64,000 nucleotides of DNA from Laetmonice hystrix (Eukaryota): the NCBI GenBank assembly GCA_965235115.1, contig OZ249438.1, positions 24,180,001 through 24,244,000 of the forward strand, given 5' to 3'. The number at the start of each line of letters is the position of its first letter. The stretch's first letter is position 1. Below are positions 12,001 through 22,723 of the stretch, in pieces. The translations under genes and the position numbers were made by a program. A model generated the notes under the pieces. It had not been told where the DNA came from and ran no database searches. It worked only from the letters and a program-made list of their open reading frames with translations.

Positions 12001-15000
12001 TCTGAGGCTCCATGAACGGGTTGCCCGTGCTGAACTCGGGCTTCTTGGGCTCGAACGACTTCAGAGGTTGTTTCTTACGGGGACCGCGTATTACCATACC
12101 GTTCACCCTCCTGGGCTTGGACGGGTCCTGGACAGAGAGAGACACACAACGGGCATAATTAAATCTCAGTAACAATTACTGGTAGGTGGACTGCCTGCAT
12201 GGTGAGAACCATTCACGCAAAGGTTATTGTTAATATGATCAGCGCCAGCTGCACGTAGATTCTACGTGCAGGGTGTGCATGGTGTTAATATGATCAGCAA
12301 CAGCTGCACGTACGGTAGGATGTACATGGTTACCACTGACAATGAGTGCCTGGTGCTAAATAAAATGTATTCGGGTTAACGCTAGCCACCCAATTCACAC
12401 CCGCTGGATTCGCCCACGCAAGTACTACATGTGTAGTACTGCTTTATGACATTGAAAAGGTTTAACGTACAGTTCTACTCTCACACATCACCATATGCAG
12501 ACAGGACTTCAAGCGAAAATATGACATCAAGGGCGCACAAACACCATAAACATAACGTTATGGAGATGTTTACTGTTCATACTTCAGGCACTGTCATTGG
12601 AAGCAGTGTTGTCTTGACAAAATGTCCGCGCACCTCTGGTTTAGCCTGTACGGCTTGCCGTGGTGGTTTAGCTGCACGGTGCGTGCCGGCCCCGCCGCCG
12701 GCCCCAGCCCCAGCACCGCCCCGGGCGGCGATCTGGGCGATAAGCGGGCCCGCCTCGCGGCCACACTTGGCTGTGACGTCATCGACCAACTCCGCGCCGT
12801 ACTTCCGCCTGGGTAAAGAAGCGCAACCAACGTTAACTAACACTTGACAAACAGATAGGCCGTACATGTATGCCTACTTCGTTTTCTAACTTTAATCTCT
12901 AAATTTTATGAAGAAAACACCCGTTTTAACGCATGGGAATCCGAATAAGATCAGATTGTCAACTTTCGGATCTTTCTCTGAACTTCTTCAATCTCTGAGG
13001 AGGAAACTCACCTGTAGGAGCGTCTGATGGAAGCCATCTGAGCGTCTGACCGGTCCAAGAGAGTGACCACCAACTCCGAGTTGTTCGGCTTTAGCAATGA
13101 GTGCACCTTCTCCGCCCAGTAGGCACTGTCCTTCTCCAAAGACATTTCTGCGCCGTCGAATATATCAAAACGTATAAGGAATGAAACGAATTACTGCAAG
13201 GAAATTGCCTGCATATCGTATCTATTTGAAATTTTGTACAGACTTTAGATATGTGAGGGAGTGGCGGACAGAGTGTTAGATATGAACTGACCGAGTGCCT
13301 CGAGTGCCCTCACGTACTCGGCCGAGCAGTTGTCCTCTGTGGCGGCGGCCGTTACACCACTCCCTCCCGACACCTGGAGAACATAGCACATATATAAATT
13401 ATTCTGTTACATGCATGTTAAAACTTCTCATTCAAATACCTATAGCCATAAATAATACAGCTGTATAATATCTGAATCATGCAATGTTGTTTTCGTCACT
13501 TTGAAGCCAGCCTGTGTAGACATTGGCGCCGCCGTGTCACCCCCAGGGTTGGCGGCGGCTTAGTGTCGTCAGGCCGGGAGGGGTGTATGTCTACATGTGT
13601 CTCTCCCCCCCTGGAGGGGTTTATGTCTACATTGTGTCTGTCTCACCTGTCGATACGCTCCCAGGGTGGTCTGCAGCTGACTTGGGTTTCGCTCCGTAAG
13701 TAAGCAGATAAACTTTCCGTTGTTACTGCTGAACCTGCCTTCACCTGCCTGTAGCCAAGGAGACGTCATTTTTAATTTACGTTATTCCATGTAAATTTGA
13801 CGACCATGATATAAGTCCAGAAATATCACTAACAAAATCTAGTACAAAGTGTGATAAATAAACTTATCTGGTAATGTCTAATAACTGTGAGAAATTACAA
13901 ATAATCAGAGGGTATAGAAGACCCAGAGCCCTTCCCCGGGTTATAAGGCAGGCTCACGTACGTCAAGCAGCTGTTTGGCGTCTGTGTTGGCGAGGTCCTC
14001 GTCCACAGCGTCCGAGTCCGGTCGGTCGTGGAGCAGAGCCAGGAGTAAGACCCGACAGTCCTCCTCCACAATCCTCTCTCGGATGTCCTCCTCCAGCGAG
14101 ACGCCATACTCTGGATGGGACAGGGAATACGTCAGACATTGCTGCGAGATGGGATTAATGATGCAGCGGATCTATACAGAGGACCACAGACATTAGAGGG
14201 CCACAAACATTATACAGAGGGCCACAAACATTAGAGGGCCACAAACATTATACAGAGGGCCACAAACATTAGAGGGCCACAAACATTATACAGAGGGCCA
14301 CAAACATTAGAGGGCCACAAACATTATACAGAGGGCCACAAACATTATACAGAGGGCCCCAAACATTATACAGAGGGCCACAAACATTATACAGAGGGCC
14401 ACAAACATTAGAGGGCCACAAACATTAGAGGGCCACAAACATTATACAGAGGGCCACAAACATTAGAGGGCCACAAACATTATACAGAGGGCCACAAACA
14501 TTAGAGGGCCACAAACATTATACAGAGGGCCACAGACATTAGAGGGCCACAAACATTATACAGAGGGCCACAAACATTATACAGAGGGCCACAAACATTA
14601 TACAGAGGGCCGCAAACATTATACAGAGGGCCACAAATATTATACAGAGGGCTACAAACATTATACAGAGGACCACAAACATTATACAGAGGACCACAAA
14701 TATTATACAGAGGACCACAGACATTATACAGAGGGCCACAAACATTATACAGAGGGCCACAAACATTATACAGAGGGCTACAAACATTATACATGGAGCT
14801 ACAACTCAATCTACATACCTTTCTTGTAGCCCACACCGCATGCAGCTAGTGCCGACGAGCTGCGGCTCTGTAGGAACTCGACCAGGCTGACAACATCACC
14901 ACTCTGGAAAGATATCACTACATAATACAACACAGAGAAGGGAACTGTCTCATTTAGTGAGGTCTATGTTATGTAAGCAACCCGTTAGAAGATCGGTGCC

Positions 15001-16994
15001 GGGGGTGGAGGTCTCATGGCGGTGCGTGACGTACCTTTATGGCTTCGTTGATTTGACTGATATCGTCACGGCCGTCCTGATCAAGCAAAGACTCGATGAC
15101 AACGTCGTAACTTTGACCCATCGACTGCTTCAGTTCACGAGCAAGGTCCTGTCGACCAAAGGAAAATATACAAATGAGGTCATACCGACACATGTTAGCC
15201 AGGATATCCGTCATAGGCTAATCATGGCAAGATGGGAGCTCCCACAGAACGAGGTCCCTGAATGTAGTAAAAGAATAGGGAAATGAAACTTACCAGATCA
15301 TAGGCGTCCTCAAACTTCTTCTTCGTACGCAGGCGCTGTGAGTGTGAGCGTTTGATGAGCGTTTTGACGACAATGTCGTCTGCTTTGGCTGATAAAAACG
15401 ACATAGAACCATAATTATATTATGTCAAACAGGTCAAAGATTCACGCCAGGAGAGCGTATGGTGATATATGACAATGATTATCATATGTTGAACATCACT
15501 CAAAGTTATCAAGCCTATACTTACCCAGTCCTTTAACTGCTCTGAAAAGCTTTTTCGCATCTTGGTCAGTGATAGCGTCCTGAGAGAAAACAAGTGGAGT
15601 ATTATATTTCCTGGTTATTGGATGTTTGAATTCATTATCAGTTCTATTACCGCATTATTAAACCATCCGTTAATATCTACATCATCGTCATCATTACCAT
15701 CCCACATTATCACCATCATCATACTACATTATGGATAACCAATCCATTATACATATTACAAACCAATATTACCAGAAATATTTCAGTGCTATTGATAGTC
15801 ATCAGATGGCATTATTATCAAAGACACGGTCAATTTTTTCTGTGTTATAAATAATCAACTTCTCCTATATGCACGATCCCACAAAGGCACATTTCGTGAT
15901 ACCTACGTCCCAAGAGTGCATGACTAGAGGTATATAATACTGATTGTGAATAGTAATGTAGTTTTCCGAAGTTACCTTATATTTGGAAAAGTGATGCGAT
16001 AGTAATCAGAGAAAAAAGACAAATACGTGACAATAGACGATAACGGGGCTGATAGACGCCACGGCTTAGTTACACATCGATACGTGCTAATTTGGGTGTT
16101 GTCTGCAATCGCGTAAATGTATACAAGATTGTCCGTATAGCGTTACACAGAACTATTGCGCCTGTTCGAAAATGGCTTCCTTGCACAGGACTAAGGATTT
16201 TATCTGTCCTTCAACTGGAAAATACCTAAAGGTGCACGGACTTGGCAAGTTGTCAGCATGCAGGCGAAATTTAACCATGCAGATGTCATGCACGGTGACG
16301 CGGGGAGAGGGCAAGAAAAAACGATCGTCGGACTGCATGGCGCGCCGAGCGATTGCACTGCCAGAAGTGGCGTGCAAAGGTACGCTCACAACACCTGGAC
16401 CGGTGGGGCTCTCTACCTGTTAATTTGGAAAGTCTACCGGTAGGTTCCCTCCGGTAAAACAGATACAGTGAGGTATGTGTCGAGAAACAAATACCTCATA
16501 GAACGCGTGAATAAAGAAAACCTTTCCAATGTCAAATGTTAACTATACAAAAATACGTAAAACCACCTCAAGGTATGATTCGTTGCACGTTGTATGCCTA
16601 CACTAAAGTGCGTGAACGTTAAAGAAAATTGGTAAAGTCAAAAGCACACACGTGCAATGTGTTCCCAAGGGAGGTATTAAAACAAGGCGGGTATAACCTC
16701 GCTTGTTTGTTTGGATGCGCTGTCCTCCTCCTCGCCAGAACTACTTCCAAGCGACGTCTCAGCACCGCTGTCAGACGGGCCGTCCTTATTGCGTGCTTTT
16801 AGAGACATGGCGCCGTCATTCTCGTTGTTTGGCGAGCTTCTCTCTGTTCTTTGACTCGGTCGATCCCGGCTACCGACCGACTTTTCATGTTTACCCGTTT
16901 TTCTTGTACCGTGTGAAGCGGGCGTGTCTTTGTCAGAGTCAGAATGAGAGGGTGTGGAGTTGGTCTTTGGTTGTTTGTTGTATTCCCTCGGGTA
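1..16994 (-). CDS. Giant multi-exon annexin: 12 annexin repeats (3 tetrads), charged linkers and an acidic repeat tail; partial, runs off the left edge
   Basis: 29 phase-compatible exons in transcript order: 16698-16994, 15525-15579, 15294-15388, 15035-15148, 14819-14903, 13962-14110, 13647-13748, 13292-13373, 13012-13147, 12634-12808, 11876-12127, 11394-11573, 11054-11224, 10561-10743, 10234-10335, 9973-10048, 9643-9755, 8760-8881, 6472-6907, 6090-6177, 5806-5900, 5270-5440, 5016-5049, 4735-4880, 4499-4600, 4238-4313, 3798-3910, 3257-3387, <1-1306 (5,187 nt, 1,729 codons). All introns are GT-AG except one GC-AG. Annexin motifs include [36 protein letters not shown]|VDL and SECSGDFKRIILAI. 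Annexin identity is secure; that all exons join into one transcript is inferred from phase compatibility. Confidence 0.8.
229..775 (-). repeat. Coding 72-bp tandem repeat (~7.5 copies, 24 aa: AGNSSRAEGQEDPASEGQEDQPKR) in the annexin tail exon
   Basis: The unit recurs at 229, 301, 373 ... 661, 733. The minus frame is open across 1-1306. A further 147-bp period is seen at positions 1 and 148. Confidence 0.9.
915..1034 (-). repeat. Coding 15-bp tandem repeat x8 (TADVT pentapeptide)
   Basis: CTGTGGTTACGTCAG x8. Only the exon frame (ACA GCT GAC GTA ACC) is stop-free on the minus strand. Confidence 0.9.
3257..6177 (-). other. Annexin tetrad 3
   Basis: PTRGTIQENPDASPEQDVETIVTAIKGWNTDETALISLLSKRT ... 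DLRAELESELRGDFEQVVVAL ... [29 protein letters not shown] ... ESECSGDFKRIILAII. Confidence 0.93.
8760..11573 (-). other. Annexin tetrad 2 (most canonical core)
   Basis: [32 protein letters not shown] ... KSELSGDLEETMVAL ... [21 protein letters not shown] ... AETSGAF ... [29 protein letters not shown] ... STECSGDYKKLLLAIV. Confidence 0.95.
9132..9656. repeat. 52-bp minisatellite (~10 copies) overlapping an annexin exon end and splice donor
   Basis: Unit GGAGATGGTGTGAGGGTGGGGCTAGTGGAGTAGGTCCACCTACCTCCGACCT; the last copy merges into exon 9643-9755. Confidence 0.95.
11692..11842. repeat. Imperfect inverted repeat (MITE-like hairpin) with GCGTAGT/ACTACGC subrepeats
   Basis: The left arm aatccatatg..gcgtagtgcgtcatcaaaacaataaaaac matches the reverse complement of the right arm gttttcattgattttgatg..acgcactacgcagtacacatggatt. 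Confidence 0.55.
12634..15579 (-). other. Annexin tetrad 1 (divergent core)
   Basis: DAKKLFRAVKGLG..KRSHSQR..DLARELKQ; EYGVSLEEDIRE..LLLALL; DEDLANTDAKQLLD-AGEGRFSSNNGKFICLLTERNPSQL; SAYWAEKVHSLL..LLDRSDAQMASIRRSYRRKYGAELVDDV. It keeps the 102-nt repeat-3 exon seen in the other two tetrads. Confidence 0.75.
14170..14792. repeat. Intronic minisatellite of 21-bp and 17-bp unit variants
   Basis: ACATTATACAGAGGGCCACAA and ACATTAGAGGGCCACAA units fill most of intron 14111-14818. Confidence 0.95.
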
Positions 16995-17453
16995 CTATAA
17001 ATCATATTCAGAGCAGAAATCTCTTTGAAATGGTCTGAGACCGATTTTGGAGAAATGGGCGAAACGCATCCCTATCCTCCCTAGTGTAATTGATCTTACG
17101 TGTGTTGCTCATCAATCCTTGTGTCACATCCAGAACTTAGACCGTGGTATACATGGTTGTAAGATAAGTGGTCCATTACCCAGTTACCTGGCCTATATGT
17201 CATGGGATGCGAACCACAGAGCGAGTTTCCACAAACCCCTCTGTACCTAAATGGAGGCTTACCAGTACCAGGATCTTTCAGGCACATTGATAACGAATGA
17301 CGCACGGAAGGTTATGCAGCTCACGCATTAAAAACTGATGTAATACTTAACAAGCTATAAGACTGTTTGCTCAGAAAGGTTTTTTTGTGTGACTGTACCT
17401 GAACCCTAGCCAATTAAACCGCTACCATCTCGCAGTGTAAATAGGCCTACTAA

Positions 17454-17710
17454 AGGACCATTCACACTAAGCAGAACTTTCTAGCCGTTCGAACTTTATC
17501 ATCGTAATTACTTCGTAAGGAATTTTCGACGTTCGTAGGTGATCTGCGAACTAGATTTTTGCTCACGAACTCCATTCACACTGCTGCTTGCGAATTCGCA
17601 AGTAGTCGCACGAACTCCGTTCCCACTGCGATCTTTCCTACGAATTCGCGAAGCCTTACGAACTTCTACGAACTCGAGTTCGTGGCAAACATCGGCGTGG
17701 GAATGGCACT
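17454..17710. mobile_element. PIF/Harbinger-like MITE (copy 1)
   Basis: TIR approximately AGGACCATTCACACT ... GTGGGAATGGCACT, flanked by TAA/TAT. It carries an internal copy of CCATTCACACT and is homologous to 29276-29542. Confidence 0.6.
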
Positions 17711-18311
17711 TATTCACTTATTACGTGCACAAAGCCGGTTCTTGCTGTCGGCGATTAACGCCTGGCATGTAGACTATTACATCAGACGCAGCTGCATGCC
17801 CCCAGCACTATAAGCAGTGTAGGCCTATTATATAAAATTATCGTATTGCGATTATTGATTGTGCAAGGTCCTCATTTGTAGGCTCGGCCGGCAATTATTT
17901 CGATATCGTGTCCTACATGCACCGTATTTGTTTCGTGGTATCTGCACAATATGACCGACGTACGACTTTCAGTGCAGGCCTATGTTAGTGGTCAAGGCTT
18001 GTCACCTCCAGCAATACAAAATGAGCCCGATCCCGTATGATCTAACACGCTACCGTCATCTGACGCTTGTCATGCTGTAATATCGACCCTTGGCGGATTC
18101 AACCATTCCACGGGAAAATTGCTGTTTGCTCCGGTGCAAACCCGTATCACTGTTCCGCCCTGCCTAATTTGATGAATGTAAATAAATACATAGTCAGTGA
18201 TCTAGAGCAGCCCGGGCAATCTATAGTCGCCTTCACAACTTTCCTTTTTTCATTCGGTATATGCTTAGTAATACCCTACATTTATTCAATGTCCTACCCC
18301 GTGATCACTTT

Positions 18312-19037
18312 GACGGTATGATGGTAGTTAGTCGATATCTCTCCCCAATGTGATCAGTATGACGGTATGATGGTAGTTAGTCGATATCTCTCCCCAATGT
18401 GATCAGTATGACGGTATGATGGTAGTTAGTCGATATCTCTCCCCAATGTGATCAGTATGACGGTATGATGGTAGTTAGTCGATATCTCTCCCCAATGTGA
18501 TCAGTATGACGGTATGATGGTAGTTAGTCGATATCTCTCCCCAATGTGATCAGTATGACGGTATGATGGTAGTTAGTCGATATCTCTCCCTAATGTGATC
18601 AGTATGACGGTATGATGGTAGTTAGTCGATATCTCTCCCCAATGTGATCAGTATGACGGTATGATGGTAGTTAGTCGATATCTCTCCCCAATGTGATCAG
18701 TATGACGGTATGATGGTAGTTAGTCGATATCTCTCCCCAATGTGATCAGTATGACGGTATGATGGTAGTTAGTCGATATCTCTCCCCAATGTGATCAGTA
18801 TGACGGTATGATGGTAGTTAGTCGATATCTCTCCCCCAATGTGATCAGTATGACGGTATGATGGTAGTTAGTCGATATCTCTCCCCAATGTGATCAGTAT
18901 GACGGTATGATGGTAGTTAGTCGATATCTCTCCCCAATGTGATCAGTATGACGGTATGATGGTAGTTAGTCGATATCTCTCCCCAATGTGATCAGTATGA
19001 CGGTATGATGGTAGTTAGTCGATATCTCTCCCCAATG
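18312..19037. repeat. 49-bp minisatellite (~15 near-identical copies)
   Basis: Unit GACGGTATGATGGTAGTTAGTCGATATCTCTCCCCAATGTGATCAGTAT, contiguous with no spacers. Confidence 0.97.
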
Positions 19038-19152
19038 TGCTATCGCAGTGGTCTCTCATTTACCTGCCCGTTTCTGAAGTGGTCAATATGACTCCGAGAT
19101 ACTTACAGGGGAGGAAGTTTTACTACCTGAACAGCACCACTGACAGCAGCAC

Positions 19153-20735
19153 TCATTTCTTTTCCTGGCAGTCAAAGCACTGATGCCATGCTGTCTAGTG
19201 AGCGCCCTCCACCGTAATAGTTGTTTGACCAGCCGGAAAAAAACTGGCAGGTAAGTGAGAGACACTGTAGTTAAGGGTGACCACGTGTATGGTATTAGTA
19301 GGCTACCGGTAATGTCTTTACCTTTGTAGTGCCATTGTTGTTTATCTTGGGAAGTTTGGTTACTGAGGAGGACGCGGCGTCATCTTTACCGCCCTGACCT
19401 CCCTCCTTCTTGTCCTGAATACAAACACACCTACCTGTGTATTCATATACATACAGGAAGAGAAATAACACCTGGCATGGAAAGTGTGAAACTGACCCGT
19501 ACAACACCCATAAACAGTCGGTGTCTGTGCATGCTGACAGATAATATCCAATTAGATATACGAAACTAAACATAATACTGATGGACATCTTCACATTGTC
19601 GAGGAAGTCTCATGTTCACTCATTATTATCACATCTTCACCAGCAGGCTACGATAAAAATAAATTTTCATAGTGTGTGCAGGTAGACTTACACTATCATA
19701 GACCGAAGACCTATGAAGCGAGCGGGACATAAGAAACCCTCACAGTAAACAAATTATTCCAGCAGCGATCAACTACTGAAAAAACTATATTCTGCACTTA
19801 GATGTTCTAGGTCTACTGTGGAACTTCTCGTAACCTGTATATGGTAAAATATGAGCCGACATCGACGATGTAATTCTCATCCTATATGTTTGATTGTAAA
19901 CCTTACAGTGTAATTTGGAGCAGGTAAGAGTACTCACAATGAAGGGTAGGTATGAGTGCACGCTCACATGTTTACGATCACCACCATCACCAACTTCATC
20001 CTCATCATGACCAAAATCAGAGTCACAATGGGATTCCTTAGGAATACAAGAAGCGCACACACAACACATTTACAGAGGGCAGTTACACACATCATATGTA
20101 CAATGTTCGGTGAGGGTGGTCGTATACACATAGTTTCAGAGAATCTTGAGGTTTCTACGCTATACGTGCTCTACGCATGCTGTGAACAGAACATGGATAA
20201 CATAGGCATGCCCATCATATTCATCCTAATTAATAGTAAATTAACATTGGGCAATGGTAGAGTCTAGGACTTAATCCATTTTTCCATCTGCATGAAGACC
20301 AGAGACTATATATTTGATATTAAAGGAGATATATTAGGGAAAGCTAGCATTGTTTGTGGAGAGAAACCAGAATTGGTCAAGCGAGAGAATATGAACTTTG
20401 AGGATCATAAAACTATCCATCTTATAAAACTAGAGTCCGCTAAGTAGTGTATACATAATTCAATTTTTTTCTGAATTCATTTTCAAGCAATGGTATAATA
20501 AAGTATTTAGGAACAGCCAATGAAAGGGTATTTTTGCTATTCTCTGCTTTTTGCTTTCAAAAATGACGATTATTGTAATAGCGCCCCAAGACACGGCTAG
20601 GGTTTACATAATCATGTTGGGTTTATACATAGCTACAGCCAGCACTTCAATACATTGGGCTTTGAAATTCTTTTCTAAAGCAAGAACATCTTTCGCGATA
20701 TAACCACTGAGTCTACTTACCAGAGGCGGCAGTCG
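19153..20735 (-). CDS. Low-complexity coding exons (RLPPL microexon; ESHCDSDFGHDEDEVGDGGDRKH; DKKEGGQGGKDDAASSSVTKLPKINNNGTTK); probable tail of the CFAP97-domain gene or of the 21.3-22.4 kb exon chain
   Basis: Phase 0-0 exons 20721-20735, 19968-20036 and 19322-19414, all with canonical AG/GT. Downstream acceptors open exons at 19243 or 19164, and both lead to a stop. Gene assignment is uncertain. Confidence 0.5.
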
Positions 20736-21346
20736 CTGTGCACAGCATTAACAAACAAACTAAAGATGTTATTTCACTCGATATTTCAGCGTCGTCTGCT
20801 AATGGGTAGGCCTAATGGACACCCGAGGAAATAAATCTCCTTGGATACATTAATCATTCTATAATTAGCCATTGATGACGTCTATACATGTATCTATAGG
20901 ACCTCCCTATCTCACCTCTTCTGTTTGCCCCCCCCCCCTAATCTACACACACAGTCTTCTTAAGACTAACTTAAAACCGACACTGAGTCAACAACAAGAA
21001 GCCATTCTGCAATCACAAACAGAGCTTTGGTTAGCCTATATCCCAAATCACTTACAATTATTAGCACGCAATTTTCTGATTATTTCCCGGACTCTCCCGC
21101 AAAGAACCAAATAGAGAAGTAATTCTCGATGTCAGGGACACGGCAGATCATATTAATTGTCACGCATGCCGTACCACGTCACACTTACCACACAGTATAT
21201 TTTCAAGAATACTTTGGGCAAACTCTGAAATATTCATAAACATTACACATTTTGAGGCATAGATGACAGTTTCTTCCTAAGAGCCATTTTCAAATCAGTT
21301 TGGTTAAAATGACGTAACCTCTGTGTAAATCATCTGAGACTTTTTG

Positions 21347-22371
21347 GTTAGGAATTGCATGGCGAATCTACAGTGATTGGTGGTTCCTGTGAAATTGGAA
21401 ACACATAGGCCCAATACTATCGTTTATGTTGGTAAAATTTATCGCTCTGCAAGGTAACTGTATGTGCCCTACAAACAAGCCCAGTCTGGACTAAATCTGA
21501 TAAATCCTATCTCTAACTCAATCCAGGAACATGTGTATGTATACATCGGTATCATTCTGTAATAAGTCACTTACAATAACGTTTTGCAATAATTTCAACA
21601 TTACCTCATAGGAAGTAGTTTTCTTTGGCATTGTGCCCCTTGGAGTGCTGATGGAGAAGTCCTTGGCTGACTGTTTCCACAAACCTTGTAAATATGACCT
21701 TTTTTCGAACTGTTGTTCCTTTAAAAGGAGAAAATATTGCAAAATATTGGACATTGAATCCTTTATCGTTGAATCGAACCCAATTGAATCTAAGAAACAT
21801 TCAATGGGGTCACATTAAAGGTGATGTCTGTATGCAAGATGTACCTGTGTGATGCCGCCCAACGATAGTCACACTGATGGCATGATCCACGTCATATCCA
21901 GAAAACCTGATGGTCAGGGTGCCCACCTTAAGTCTCACATCATCTGGACTGCAGGACCAGGCGACAAACCAAAGCGGAGACTGCCTAGGTCATTCACAGA
22001 CCATCACCCGCTAGAAAACGGTTCCAAAGACTCGTCCAGCAAACAGCATCGACCCACTGAGAGAAAGTGGCGGAGAGGCTGGCTGCTACCGACCACCTGC
22101 ATCCTCTAGTTCAATGCACCTGTGTTGTGAGGGTGGCTGCGGTTTGTCTCCTCCGCCGGTATACGCCGGGGGAGGATGTGACCACCCGCGTGGCACCGCC
22201 AGTACGGCCAGCGGCAGGATCAGTACCGGACACAACAGTAATTAGAATCACCGCACGGCCCTGGTGACAATAGACATCACCGTACGGCCCTGGTGACAAT
22301 AGACATCACCGTACGGCAAGGTGACAATAGAGATAACTGTTGTCATGGAGGTTTACCTGCCGCTCTGCCAT
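21347..22371 (-). CDS. Exon chain of unknown product, possibly a small secreted protein (MAERQVLILPLAVLAVPRGWS-HPPP...) or a continuation of the CFAP97-domain gene
   Basis: Phase-compatible exons 22357-22371 (or -22401), 22120-22226, 21845-21948, 21605-21684, and optional terminal exon 21347-21386 (EPPITVDSPCNS*). The acceptor before 22226 reads CG rather than AG. Confidence 0.45.
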
Positions 22372-22723
22372 TCTATACATGGCTACACCAGGGTCAAGGC
22401 TCTAGTCGTTATAGCCAATAACGATTATAACACTATAGGTTCTCTAGAAATTATCATCCAAAATAAATTCTGGATACAACAGCTTACAGATCTCGACTCC
22501 AGAGGTTAGATTGGACCCTCAAATCGATGGCACTCCTGAACATGGTGACTGCCTACGCCTTTCTGTTGTAAAGCGTTTCGGCGTAGAAGTAAGTGCACAA
22601 CAACGACGTGTCTTACACAGGAATGTTAACTGAAGGTTAGACCTACACTCTATGTTAATGCAACCATCAGAGTTTTTTCCTTGGAATTTTGCCAATAGCA
22701 TCCCCTTAAGTTAACGGAGGCTG

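Noticed and set aside
14501-14836. ORFs made of repeats (also 50489-51681 and 57105-57647)
   Set aside because: They are stop-free frames of intronic or intergenic minisatellites, with no splice or homology support.
18312-19037. Regular 38-52-bp arrays (also 9132-9656, 44372-45092, 57070-57531) as CRISPR arrays
   Set aside because: The units are contiguous with no unique spacers, there are no cas genes, and the context is eukaryotic.
19064-19073. 10-nt microexon (AAACGGGCAG) that would restore phase after the 19106 donor
   Set aside because: It would need a 33-nt intron, which is implausibly short without transcript evidence.
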